The notes beneath the pieces are model-generated. The model was not told where the DNA came from. It worked only from the letters and a program-made list of their open reading frames with translations, and ran no database searches. A DNA stretch of 64,000 nt from a virus. Taxonomy: Duplodnaviria > Caudoviricetes. Positions 51,294 through 61,574 of the stretch are shown here, in pieces. Both the position numbers and the translations under genes were made by a program. The stretch covers positions 24,657-88,656 of IMG/VR virus record IMGVR_UViG_3300027007_000012; one strand, written 5' to 3'. Every line of letters starts with the position of its first letter. Position 1 is the stretch's first letter.

Positions 51294-54200
51294 ATGGAAG
51301 ACGAAGGACCAGATACGCACGATGTGCCCGGACACGACCGGGCCACCGGTATCGACGATCCCGTACCCGACAGCGAGTACGGCGATCAGGACTACCGACC
51401 AGAGGACGAGGTCGACCCCGCCGAGAACGACGACGGCTACACGATGGAGGACGAGTACGCTGTCGACGATGTCGACGGATACGGTTCGGCACAGCACTAC
51501 GGAACATACTGTGCAGACGGATTTGCGCAGGCGGCTGAGCAAGCACAGGCCGAACACCCGGCCCTGGACCTGGGATTCGTCCACGTCACCCACCTGGAGA
51601 CTGGGGAGACACAGCACGTCGAGGTGCACACTGGGGGCGATGACGTCCCCGACGATCTCGTGGTCGAGCTCGAGGGAGACATCGGAACGCTCCAGCCAGA
51701 GGTCGACGACGAGGAGATGGAACGTGTCAACAACTCGCTCGAGGACTGGATCGCGTCGCTGGAGCTGAACGCGTTCCTCGACACGTACGACTACATGTGG
51801 GCCGAGTACCCCGTCGGTGACACTGACGAGGTCGTCTACGTCGTCCCCGACGCTGAGCGGTCGTTCACGACGAAGGAGGAACTCGCGTACTTCATCCACG
51901 AGTTCGAGCAGTACCCGAAGCAGGTGGCTGTCACGGCCACCGTGGACGTTCGATTCGACCTGATGCTCGCATCGCCAATGCGAGACTCTGAGGAGGTCGC
52001 AACGAATCAGCTCGTCGACGCGGTTGAGTCGGTCGGACTGACCGTCGACAACGCGACCATCGTCGACGTGGCGGACGTGCCCGAGTACCCGGAGAGCGAG
52101 CAGGCCGATCCAGTGGACCCGATCCCGGACATCGGAGACACCGTTCGGTTCGTCCTCCCGGAGGAAGATGGCGAGTTCGACGGCGTCGTCAGGAACGTTA
52201 GGGGGTTCGACGGGAGTGTCGAAATCGAAGTGCAGACCCCACCGGACAATAACCAGACCTACGTGTCACCAGAGCAGATCACGGCCGTCCAGCCCGCTGA
52301 GGACGCCGACACGCCGGACCACGAGGTGTTCAACTGATGGGTCTGTTATCCAAAGTTCGACGCATGGTGTCGCGGTCTTCAGACCCTGACCCCTCCCCCG
52401 TGGAGGCTGACAACGAGGCTCTGGAGCCTGTGACACGCGACGTGCATATCTACCCGGACATCGACGACGTTATCGAGTTCGGTGGGCGTCGTGGTCGTGT
52501 CATTCGGTACGAGAACGGGACGGCCGTGATCGTCAAACTCGAGGAACAGCCGGCTCTTACGCCTGTCAACGTCGAACAGATCGACTGTATCGTTGCTGGT
52601 GGAAGTCCGCGCCTCCCCGACCACGACGTGTTCGGCACAGAAACGCCGGACCACCCCGTCTTCGACGCAGACGAGGACCTCCCGGACCACGAGGTATTCG
52701 CATGAGCGATGACGAGGAGAGTCTGTTCGAGGTGACGGTCACTGTCTCGTACACGGAGACGTTCGACCTGGAACGCGCTTCAAAAGAGGAAGCCCGAGAG
52801 ACGGGCGTGTTCTACGTACAAGACGACATCAGTCAGGGCGTCATCGACATCGATGCCTTCGACATCAACGCGACCGCCACGGAGGTCGTTGAATGACCGG
52901 GACGATCAGGAACATCGGTCGAGAGCCTATCGGGGAGTGGGAGTTTATCGTCGGCTTCGGTCACGCCGTCTACGGCGCGGTCACGCCCGATGGAGACATC
53001 ATCGCGTTCATCGGCTGGTGGCAATCGAGCTACGCCACTCGGACACAGATGGCGATCATCCGGGCGCTTGCAGACGATGAGTACCGCGGGCGACCCAGCT
53101 TCCGTGACGACCACGTTGTCGTCACCACGCAGTCGAGCCAGGTCCCCGACGTCCTCCCACCGTCGCTGTACGAGTACGCGAACGACCGCGCGGCCGCCGC
53201 CCACGGGGTGGCGGTATGACTGTCGTCGACGTCGTCATCTCGTTCGCTACCTCGGCGAAAGTCGAGATCGGCGACTACGACCGAGAAACCGCCTTCGGCG
53301 ACGACTTCCCATGGAAAGAGTTCGACGATGCGCTGGTCGAGTATCTCGACTCACTCCCCGAGGAGGAACTGCGCGAGCTCTATCGCGAGCCCGAGGCGAT
53401 CGCCATGGACGACCCAATCTTCGGCGGTTTCGGCGACGCAGAGGCTGATGTCGAGATGGAGGTCGAGTGATGTCCGGCGTGGAGTTCAGCGGCGAGCCAG
53501 ACCGTGTGGTCGACGGGTCCGACCAGGACGAAACGGTCGATCACGTCCCGGACAACATGGCTGCTCACTTCGCGAGTGCCTACGAGAAAGGCGCGCTCGC
53601 GAGGCGACGCGGCGAAGACCGGTCGGAGAACCCGTACGTCGCACGGTACAACCCGGACTCAGCAATGGGCGGTGAGTGGGGCCACGTCTGGTCCAACGCA
53701 TGGCGCCTTGGCTGGGAGAACGAACAGCGAGACGAAGACGGAGAGCGCCTACTGAACTACCGAAAGGCGTGGAAGATGGGGCGCTGAGACGATGGCGACC
53801 GTAGACGATACGACCCAGGGTACACTCTCCCGGATTCCACCAGAAGCGCGGTGTGTGAACTTCGCCGACTGTGGGAACGAAACGCCCGGTGGCGAGGAGG
53901 CTGGCAACATGATGTGTGACGACTGTCTCGACGAGGCGCGAGCTGCTGGCGCTGGACACGACCTGGGCGTCGACGAAGACGACGAATAGAACGTAGACTA
54001 ACCCGAATGAACCGAACTGAACTGAAGGAATCAGCCATGCCGTAACACGACAGGCGAATCGAATAGAAGTGACGTAGCAAGGACGAGAGATAGATGGCAC
54101 AGCATACACGGCCATACCCGTACGCAGAATCGCTCCGGAACACGCAGCTGATGGACCTCTACGAGACAGGTCCACGGTTCTCCGACGAGCTCCCGAACGG

Positions 54201-54970
54201 CACTCGGTTCACCCCGAGGGCACGACCCTACGTCGGGTCGATCGCCCCAACGTGGGGGACGGGGAACGCGATCTGGTTCCTCTGGGGAGACGAACGGCAA
54301 GCAGTTCGCCGATTCGTTAAGACCTACGAGGATGAAGTACGGGATGCAATGAACAGTAAGAACAGCGCGCTCTGTGCTCGACTGGACGACACCATCTGGC
54401 GGATGCTCTGCGAGGAGTTCTACTGGGGAGTCGCCACCGACGAGGAGCAGAGAGAAATAGCAACACGACAGAGACGAGTCCGTTCGAAGGCGGCACAGGA
54501 CGAGATCGACGCGGAGGCAACGGATGTCTGAAGACGAGTCGGATACCGTCGGCCTGGATGGGCTGGATGTAGAGGACAGTCTACTCGACCCAGACAATGA
54601 GACCGTATACTTCGAGCGCCGACAAGACGCCGACAAAGAGTTTCCTGACACGTATCGGCACGCACAGATCATGGAGCTCTCGACGGGAGAGACGCTGGCT
54701 ATCGAGCTTACGCTCCGCCAACTCCAGGGATGGGCCGATACACTCGGTGCGAAGCTCTCGGAGGTACGCCGACGGGTCGGTGAGGACCTCGCGGACGTCG
54801 ACGAGGTGTACGTCCTCTATCGGACGAGAGATGGCGTCAGGGCTGAGACGCGCGGCGTCGCGTTCACGTTCCGCGCCGCCAAGGAAGCACAATTGGACAT
54901 GCGAAACGAGCTCGACGAACCGTGGTGTGAGGAGATAGAAATCGACACAGTCCCGTTTTTCACGGGCTGA
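51294..54970 (+). CDS. Operon of hypothetical proteins (51294-52337, 52337-52705, 52702-52896, 52893-53219, 53216-53470, 53470-53787, 53792-53989, 54094-54531, 54524-54970)
   Basis: Coupled, highly acidic ORFs. Confidence 0.7.
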
Positions 54971-55153
54971 GTCAAGCCACACCACCGCCTCACGCCGGTT
55001 CTCACGAGTTTCCCGATACGTGCCCTACTTGTACCCCATAGTAGCGGGAGGAAATGGCTTCTCGATGAACTACCAAGCCCTAAATGATATGAAAAGTTAT
55101 AATTACAAATACCGATCAAACCGTTTAACTGACGTGACGGTAAATATTAAGGA

Positions 55154-55828
55154 ATGACGCTGATTGCGGAGTTTGAGGTATCCACCCCACTCCTCCAAGA
55201 GACGCGTCGTCTCGCGCCTGACGTGGTCCTGGAGCTGGACAGTCTCTATGCAACGCGAGATTGCCGAGTGAAGATGATCATCTGGGTAGTGGGTCGGGAT
55301 CACGAACAGTTCGTCGACAACCTGGAGAGAGACAGTACGGTCGCAGAGATGGAGGTTCTGGCCGATATCAACGGAGACGATCGGTGCTTGTGCGTAGTTC
55401 TGCTCACCGAGGATGCGTCTGATCTATCCTCGTACTGGCAAGTCATGGAGGCCGACATCGCGTGGCTCCGCGTAACAGTCAGTGGCGAGACAGGAACGTG
55501 GCTGATACGCATTCACGACCGCGAGCGACTGGCTAAGTTCGTCCAGGGGGTCAAGACCGAGACAGGAGAGTCGATCAGGCTCACCAGTCTCTACGACGAG
55601 GATGGGGACCAGATAGACGAAGTCAGTCGGTCAGGTCTTTCAGGGCCACAGCTGGAGGCGTTGACTATCGCATACGACATGGGGTATTTCGACAACCCGA
55701 GACAGACGACGCTGGGTGAGATCGGCGAACGGATTGGCATCTCATCCGGTGCTGTGAGCGGGCGAATCAGGCGCGGTGTCAAGACGGCTGTTGGGGACCT
55801 GGTCCACCCGAACGGAGGGCATGAGTAA
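55154..55828 (+). CDS. Bacterio-opsin-activator-like HTH-10 transcription regulator
   Basis: LSGPQLEALTIAYDMGYFDNPRQTTLGEIGERIGISSGAVSGRIRRG. Confidence 0.9.
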   Translation: MTLIAEFEVSTPLLQETRRLAPDVVLELDSLYATRDCRVKMIIWVVGRDHEQFVDNLERDSTVAEMEVLADINGDDRCLCVVLLTEDASDLSSYWQVMEADIAWLRVTVSGETGTWLIRIHDRERLAKFVQGVKTETGESIRLTSLYDEDGDQIDEVSRSGLSGPQLEALTIAYDMGYFDNPRQTTLGEIGERIGISSGAVSGRIRRGVKTAVGDLVHPNGGHE

Positions 55829-56102
55829 CCCGCACGTAGATATAAAACATGGATGGGAACGTGTAATCGATTATATGAGTAACGGGCGTCTGGATGGATG
55901 CCATCCGGCACCGGTTGTTGACGACGACTGGATAGAAACATTTTCTATATGTAATAGTTTATCATCCGCCATAAAATAGGGGTTATAGAGCATCTAAACC
56001 TCGAAGATAACTATTTTGTCGATATAAGAATTACTACATATAGCAACATTTATCATGGTATACCGGTAAGATAAGAGTACCCCTCCGAAAGGGGTCGCCC
56101 CA

Positions 56103-56501
56103 ATGCGGGGCGCAGCTACCCAACCTCCCCAGATGTCGACAGCCCCAACCGTCCGATCAGACGAGATCGGCGCAGAGACGAACACACTCGTCCGTGTCGC
56201 TATCGCGAATGGCGACCATGACTACGTTGTCGTCCAGTTCGAGACGGACCACAAACCCGCGACGCACTCAGAGCTACAGGAGCGAGTGCGGGTGATGTGG
56301 AACGAGCTCCCTGTCCGAGAGTTTCGGACACTTGCTGGCCGAATCGTTGCCGACTGGCCAGGAGCTGTCAAGGGTATCTGTGGCGGTGTCCTTCGACACG
56401 ACCCAGCCAACGAGACGTGGCATTGTGAACACTGCAACGTCTATCTCCCGCCAGGGGTGTGGGCCGGCCACGTCGAAGGGTGTTATCGGTCACAGTGGTA
56501 A
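56103..56501 (+). CDS. Hypothetical protein with a C-terminal CxxC/HxxxC zinc site
   Basis: CEHC...HVEGC. Confidence 0.55.
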   Translation: MRGAATQPPQMSTAPTVRSDEIGAETNTLVRVAIANGDHDYVVVQFETDHKPATHSELQERVRVMWNELPVREFRTLAGRIVADWPGAVKGICGGVLRHDPANETWHCEHCNVYLPPGVWAGHVEGCYRSQW

Positions 56502-56507
56502 GAATCC

Positions 56508-56951
56508 ATGACGACAGAACCAACGGACGTGCTGGAGGAACAGAAAGCGACTTTCGAGGCGAAGAACCAGGACTACTCGGACACGTGGATCGTGTCGGGT
56601 ATCGCCCTCTCCTCACTTCACGACGAGCCCGTGGTGCTCGAATCGGACGTCGACCACATCGTGAACGGAAACGTTCACCGCCTCCTCGACAAAGTGCTGC
56701 GCGGCTACAGCGCGACGATCATCAACGACGACGTCAACTTCGAAGCGGCGGTTGACTCGTTCCGCGATGCCGCGACCTACGCGGCCATGCTCGCGTCAGT
56801 GCTCGAGGGGGAACCAACGGAACGACTCCACACCGCGTACAACAACGCACTCGCTGACGGCCTCGCCGAAGGAGACATCGACGTGCTGATTTCGGCCCAC
56901 GAGAGCAACGCTCCGACTGGCATCGGCTACGACCCGGAGGCACAGCGATGA
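56508..56951 (+). CDS. Nucleotide-modification-associated domain 1 (DUF1599/Nmad1-like)
   Basis: FEAKNQDYSD...DKVLR...DSFRDAATYAAM pattern. Confidence 0.7.
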   Translation: MTTEPTDVLEEQKATFEAKNQDYSDTWIVSGIALSSLHDEPVVLESDVDHIVNGNVHRLLDKVLRGYSATIINDDVNFEAAVDSFRDAATYAAMLASVLEGEPTERLHTAYNNALADGLAEGDIDVLISAHESNAPTGIGYDPEAQR

Positions 56952-57289
56952 GCTGGGACACCGAGTTCGACGACCGCTACCAGGAGATGGCCTGGGTCGT
57001 CGCAGACGGGTGGGAGATGCGCCCGGAGTACAGCAGCGACCGCGACTACAACGCACAACTCGACGAGGTGCGAGAAGAAGTCCTCGAGCTCTCGCGAGCG
57101 ATCCGCGGCGAAGGGCGCGACGACCCGTCCATCATCGGCGAAGAACTCGCTGACTGTCTGATCACACTGCACATCCTGGCGGTGCAGTTAGATGTCAACC
57201 CTTGGCCATACTACCACGCCAAGCAGGAGTACAACATGAACAAGACGGGGACGAGAGCGGCTGACGGCAAAGTCATCGACGACGCCTGA
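56948..57289 (+). CDS. MazG-like NTP pyrophosphohydrolase
   Basis: EEVLEL...EELADCLITLHILA. Confidence 0.8.
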   Translation: MSWDTEFDDRYQEMAWVVADGWEMRPEYSSDRDYNAQLDEVREEVLELSRAIRGEGRDDPSIIGEELADCLITLHILAVQLDVNPWPYYHAKQEYNMNKTGTRAADGKVIDDA

Positions 57290-57384
57290 AACCGCTATAC
57301 ACGGCAACGTATACACTTATAACCGTCCAACGGCTATTACTTAATTACCCACTCCTGGAACGGAGTGTATCAGCATTAAGTAAT

Positions 57385-60300
57385 ATGAGCCAATCAGATA
57401 GTAGTGTGCATCTCCCGAAGAAACGGACTGACGGAGAGACACTCGAAGATCGACTGACAGAAAACGCGTATCAGCGGATTATTCCGCAGCGATACCTCAA
57501 GAAAGACGAGAACGGCGTCCCAACGGAGGAACCCGAGGACCTGTTCGAACGTGTCGCGAAGAACATCGCTGTCGCCGAGGCGGTATACACCGACGAAGAT
57601 GTCGTGATCCGGCCGGAGCACATCAAGCCCGACCACCCGCGTCGCGATGATCTAATCGACGAAGTGTTCTTCACGCCCAAAACGCCGACTCGAAATGACC
57701 CTGACCCCGAGACGCTCGCTGACGAAGTCGAACTGACCGAGGAGAACGCCAAGTGGGTCGACTACGATGCAATCATCGACGATCTCCCGGATGCCACCAG
57801 GAACGTCGTCGAGGACCAAAAAGAACAGTTCCAGGACCGGATGGAATACCTGGACTTCGTCCCCAACAGCCCGTGTCTCGCCAACGCCGGCGACGAGCTC
57901 CAGCAACTCAGCGCCTGCTTCGTCATGTCCCCGCAAGACGACATCGCGGACATCCACGACACGATTCGTGATGCTGCGCTGACGTTTCAGTCGGGAGGCG
58001 GCGTTGGATATGCGTTCAGCTACCTCCGACCCTACGGCGATACGGTCGGGTCGACTGGCGGCATCGCGTCGGGGCCGCTCACGTTCATGCGCACCTACGA
58101 CCAGATGTGCCGTACGATCGCCCAGGGCGGGATGCGCCGGGGGGCACAGATGGGCGTCATGCGCGTGACCCACCCGGACGTCATCTTCTTCATCCACTCG
58201 AAGAACAAGGACGTCTCGCTCGCGCAGGCCCTCCGCCTGAACGACCCGAAGGACTACGTGAACACGACCTACGGGGAAGCACTCGACGAAGCCCGAGAGA
58301 TCCTCGACGAGTTCACCGATAACGAAGGGAGACTGGCCCCACACCTGCGGAACGCGGTCGAAGCGCAGCTCGCGAACTTCAACATCAGCGTGACGGTCAC
58401 CGACGACTTCATGGAGGCCGTCCAGAACGACGAGCTCCACACGTTCATCAACCCGAGGACAGGACACCCACACATCGCGACCGAGGAGACCAAGGAGATG
58501 TACGAGTGGTTCGACCTGGGTGAGCACGTCACCGTGGGTGAACCACTGCGTGTCCCGGCTCGTGAGATCTGGGAAGACATCATCGAGGGTGCCCACGAGA
58601 ACGGCGAGCCCGGCGTTTTGTTCATCGACACTGCTAACGTTGACCACTCGTTCCCGACGGAATCGACCCCGACTTGGAGAGACGACCCGTTCGAGATGAG
58701 CACCACGAACCCGTGCTGTGCGAAAGGGACGCTCGTCAACACGCCTGACGGCTACCGACGGGTCGAGGAGATCGAAGTTGGGGACGAGGTATCGACTGTC
58801 ATCGGTTCGGAGACCGTCGACGAGGTCGAAGTACACGAGGATGTCCCGATCTACCGAGTCGAGTTCAGCGATGGTGGCTCGATGAAGGTCACGGGACAGC
58901 ACCGTTTCCACGTCCTGAAAGACGACAAGGGCGTGGATGACATCCCGCTCGTCGACGTCGACATCGGTGACCACGTCCGGTTGGAACCGGCTTCGTTCAA
59001 CGAAGTAGGAACGAACGACGAATACCGCCACCAGTTCCGCCGAGGGGTCCTCGTCGGTGACGGTTGTTACACCCAGGACACCCTCAAAGCCAACAACGTC
59101 GTCAAGATCTCGACCAGTGAGGACGACGCCGAGTACAACCGGCGGCTCAAAGCACTGTTCGAGGACGATGGATACGCGTTCAACGCCGACGAAAACAGTA
59201 GCGACGATAAGGCGCTTCGGCTGAATCTTCGTGACGGGTGGACAGTCGTCGAGGACCACGGCCTGACCCCGTCGTCGGCCCCGATGAAAACAGTCGATGT
59301 GACAGAGTTCTCGACCGAGCGAGAGGCGATGGGATTCCTCGATGGACTCCTCGGCGCAGACGGCAACGTCAACCTCTGGAGCACCCGTCCGCAGGTTCGG
59401 TACGACACGTCGTCGAAGGCCCTCGCGAAAGACGTTCGTGACCTGTGTCTCCAGCTCGGGATGCACGCTCGCATCTACGAGGTGACGGACCCCCAGCGTG
59501 GTGGTTCCATCAACGGCCGGAAGGTCAGCTCGAACCACCCGAAGTACACGGTCAACATCTCGGGAGCGTCAGCCAAGCGGTTCGCTGAGCTGTCGAACGT
59601 CGGTGACTACCACCCGGAGAAGGGAGAGCAGATGTTGGAACTCCGCACCTCGTTCATGAACACGGGAGACTCATGGAAGGCGGAAGTTGTCTCCATCGAG
59701 CCCTGTGGCGAGCCCGCAACGGTGTACGACCTGTACTGTTCTCGGTCGGACACGTGGGTCACGAGTGGCTACGTCCAGCGCGGTTGCGGCGAGCAGTGGC
59801 TCATGGAGAACGAGGCATGTAACCTGGGCCACATCAACCTCTCGACCCTGGTGGCCGAGGATGCCCCGGACTGGCGAGATATCGAGGCGGCGGCCGTAGA
59901 GGGCGGTGCTGAGCTTGACCTGGAGCACGCTGTGAGCGAGTTCCTGTGGCACAAAGCCATCGATGTGGAGGACCTCGACGCTCGCGTCGACGATGGTGTC
60001 CGGTTCCTCGACAACGTCGTGACCATGTCGGCGTTCCCGACCCCCGAGATCGAGCAAACGGTAAGCGAGAACCGAAAGATCGGGCTCGGGATCATGGGAC
60101 TGGCCCAGATGTTCGTCCAACTCGGGACGAAGTACGGGTCGGACGTCTCGAACGAGATCACCCGCCAGCTGATGCGCCACATCAACCAGCGGTCGAAAGA
60201 CGCGTCGATGCGCCTCACTGACCACCGTGGAGTCTTCGACAACTGGGAACACAGCAAGTACGCCGACCCTACGGCCCACACGGACTGGTTCGAGCGACAG

Positions 60301-61455
60301 ACCGGGGAAGCTGCTGACGTCTGGGAAGACGGCTACCTGATGCGGAATCACAACACGACCACAGTGGCCCCTACTGGGACAACTGGGATGATCGGAAACA
60401 CGAGCGGTGGGTGTGAACCGATCTTCGGCGTTGCGCACTTCAAAAACGTCTCTCAGGACATCCAGGGAGACGAACAGCTGGTTGAGTTCGACGACTACTT
60501 CCTGCGCGTCCTGGAGGCGAACGACATTGACGTCGAGGCGACGAAAAAAGAGTGTCTCCGACAGATGGAGAACAACGAGTTCGAGGGGGTACACGGACTC
60601 AAGACCGTCCCGAACGAGATCGGTGAGTTGTTCGTCACCACGGACATGCTCACGGGCCGCGAGCACGCATCGGTCCAGTGTGCAGCGCAGGAGGGCGTAG
60701 ACAGCGCCCTCTCGAAGACGGTGAACTTCCCGAACCGGGCGACCGAACAGGACGTGGCTGACGTCTACGAGTACCTGTGGGACAACGGGGCGAAGGGCGG
60801 TACGATCTACCGTGACGGGTCCCGGTCCAAGCAGGTTATCTCGACCCGCGCTGACCACGGGGATGTCGCAGACGATGAGCCCATGTCACGTGAGGAGGCT
60901 GAGGAACTGATCGACGAGCTCGCCGAGGAACACGCGATCCCACTCGGTGTCGAACCAGCCGAGGATGCCGCTGCTGGTGGCATCGAGTTGGTCGAGCCGG
61001 GTAAAGTCCTGACCGCACGACGTGAACGCATCAAGACGGGCTACGGGAACATGTACGTCAACATCGGCTTCGACGACGAAGGTCGACCCATCGAGACGAT
61101 CTGCAACATCGGCAAGTCCGGTGGGTTCACCAACTCGATGGTCGAGGCGATCGGCAAGCTCTCCTCGCTGGCCCTCCAGGCGGGTGTTCCCGCCGAGGAA
61201 GTGGTCGAGAAGCTCGACGGCATCTCCTCGCCGGACATCGCGTTCGACGATGGCGAGCAGATCGCCTCACTCCCGGACGGCATCGCGACGGCCCTCCAGC
61301 GGGCAATCGAGGCCGAGCAGGAAGCGACACTCCAGATCAACGCGCACAACGACCACAACCCGAACAACGAGTCCTGTCCGGACTGTGGCGGAGAGGTCGT
61401 CTACGACGGCGGCTGTCCGAAGTGCTCCCTCGGCTGCGGCTGGTCCAAGTGCTGA
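57385..61455 (+). CDS. nrdJ: Class II (B12-dependent) ribonucleotide reductase containing an intein
   Basis: PNSPCL, SACFV, GGGVG, RRGAQM, TNP/CGE, CNLG, APTGT, SKTVN and C-terminal TSCPD/Zn-ribbon region. Confidence 0.95.
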   Translation: MSQSDSSVHLPKKRTDGETLEDRLTENAYQRIIPQRYLKKDENGVPTEEPEDLFERVAKNIAVAEAVYTDEDVVIRPEHIKPDHPRRDDLIDEVFFTPKTPTRNDPDPETLADEVELTEENAKWVDYDAIIDDLPDATRNVVEDQKEQFQDRMEYLDFVPNSPCLANAGDELQQLSACFVMSPQDDIADIHDTIRDAALTFQSGGGVGYAFSYLRPYGDTVGSTGGIASGPLTFMRTYDQMCRTIAQGGMRRGAQMGVMRVTHPDVIFFIHSKNKDVSLAQALRLNDPKDYVNTTYGEALDEAREILDEFTDNEGRLAPHLRNAVEAQLANFNISVTVTDDFMEAVQNDELHTFINPRTGHPHIATEETKEMYEWFDLGEHVTVGEPLRVPAREIWEDIIEGAHENGEPGVLFIDTANVDHSFPTESTPTWRDDPFEMSTTNPCCAKGTLVNTPDGYRRVEEIEVGDEVSTVIGSETVDEVEVHEDVPIYRVEFSDGGSMKVTGQHRFHVLKDDKGVDDIPLVDVDIGDHVRLEPASFNEVGTNDEYRHQFRRGVLVGDGCYTQDTLKANNVVKISTSEDDAEYNRRLKALFEDDGYAFNADENSSDDKALRLNLRDGWTVVEDHGLTPSSAPMKTVDVTEFSTEREAMGFLDGLLGADGNVNLWSTRPQVRYDTSSKALAKDVRDLCLQLGMHARIYEVTDPQRGGSINGRKVSSNHPKYTVNISGASAKRFAELSNVGDYHPEKGEQMLELRTSFMNTGDSWKAEVVSIEPCGEPATVYDLYCSRSDTWVTSGYVQRGCGEQWLMENEACNLGHINLSTLVAEDAPDWRDIEAAAVEGGAELDLEHAVSEFLWHKAIDVEDLDARVDDGVRFLDNVVTMSAFPTPEIEQTVSENRKIGLGIMGLAQMFVQLGTKYGSDVSNEITRQLMRHINQRSKDASMRLTDHRGVFDNWEHSKYADPTAHTDWFERQTGEAADVWEDGYLMRNHNTTTVAPTGTTGMIGNTSGGCEPIFGVAHFKNVSQDIQGDEQLVEFDDYFLRVLEANDIDVEATKKECLRQMENNEFEGVHGLKTVPNEIGELFVTTDMLTGREHASVQCAAQEGVDSALSKTVNFPNRATEQDVADVYEYLWDNGAKGGTIYRDGSRSKQVISTRADHGDVADDEPMSREEAEELIDELAEEHAIPLGVEPAEDAAAGGIELVEPGKVLTARRERIKTGYGNMYVNIGFDDEGRPIETICNIGKSGGFTNSMVEAIGKLSSLALQAGVPAEEVVEKLDGISSPDIAFDDGEQIASLPDGIATALQRAIEAEQEATLQINAHNDHNPNNESCPDCGGEVVYDGGCPKCSLGCGWSKC
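58714..59784 (+). mobile_element. LAGLIDADG intein at the NrdJ active-site Cys, with an atypical C-terminus (...GYVQRG/C)
   Basis: Starts CCAKGT after TNP; GVLVGDG and FLDGLLGADG blocks; the C-extein resumes CGEQ. Confidence 0.88.
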
Positions 61456-61574
61456 TCCGGTAGAACCACCGTTTTCCCGTCAGTTTGAAACCGCATGAGT
61501 GGAATCTACCTGCGTATGAAAACACTCTTAATATGATAGTACCAAGAATGTGATAACGCCTCCCCAGGTGTCAC

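Larger units (their letters stand above)
5947..60984. repeat. Dispersed asymmetric motif GATGCCACCAG-N-R-R-C-G (18 exact 11-mer cores)
   Basis: + cores start at 5947, 11783, 14711, 19802, 23686, 28538, 30999, 35710, 40834, 47124, 50632, 57790; - cores at 23490, 28850, 37097, 38329, 51010, 60974; near-matches at 7144, 15641, 21239, 29564, 32121, 53833, 63638. Confidence 0.97.

Noticed and set aside
53990-54070. Short GAACY/GAAT tandem words after ORF 53792
   Set aside because: Only 3-4 degenerate 5-mers, compatible with low-complexity intergenic sequence
57652-59538. Long minus-strand ORFs (also 758-1573, 3416-4516, 7372-8631, 11866-13008, 31790-32890, 34550-35905, 48620-49597, 59671-60858)
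   Set aside because: Antisense shadows of GC-rich acidic genes, with V/L/R-rich composition and no recognisable motifs
5947-60984. Many motif copies contain the E. coli Chi octamer GCTGGTGG
   Set aside because: The base that completes Chi is the variable position of the motif, conservation extends well beyond the octamer, and haloarchaea do not use RecBCD; treated as coincidence
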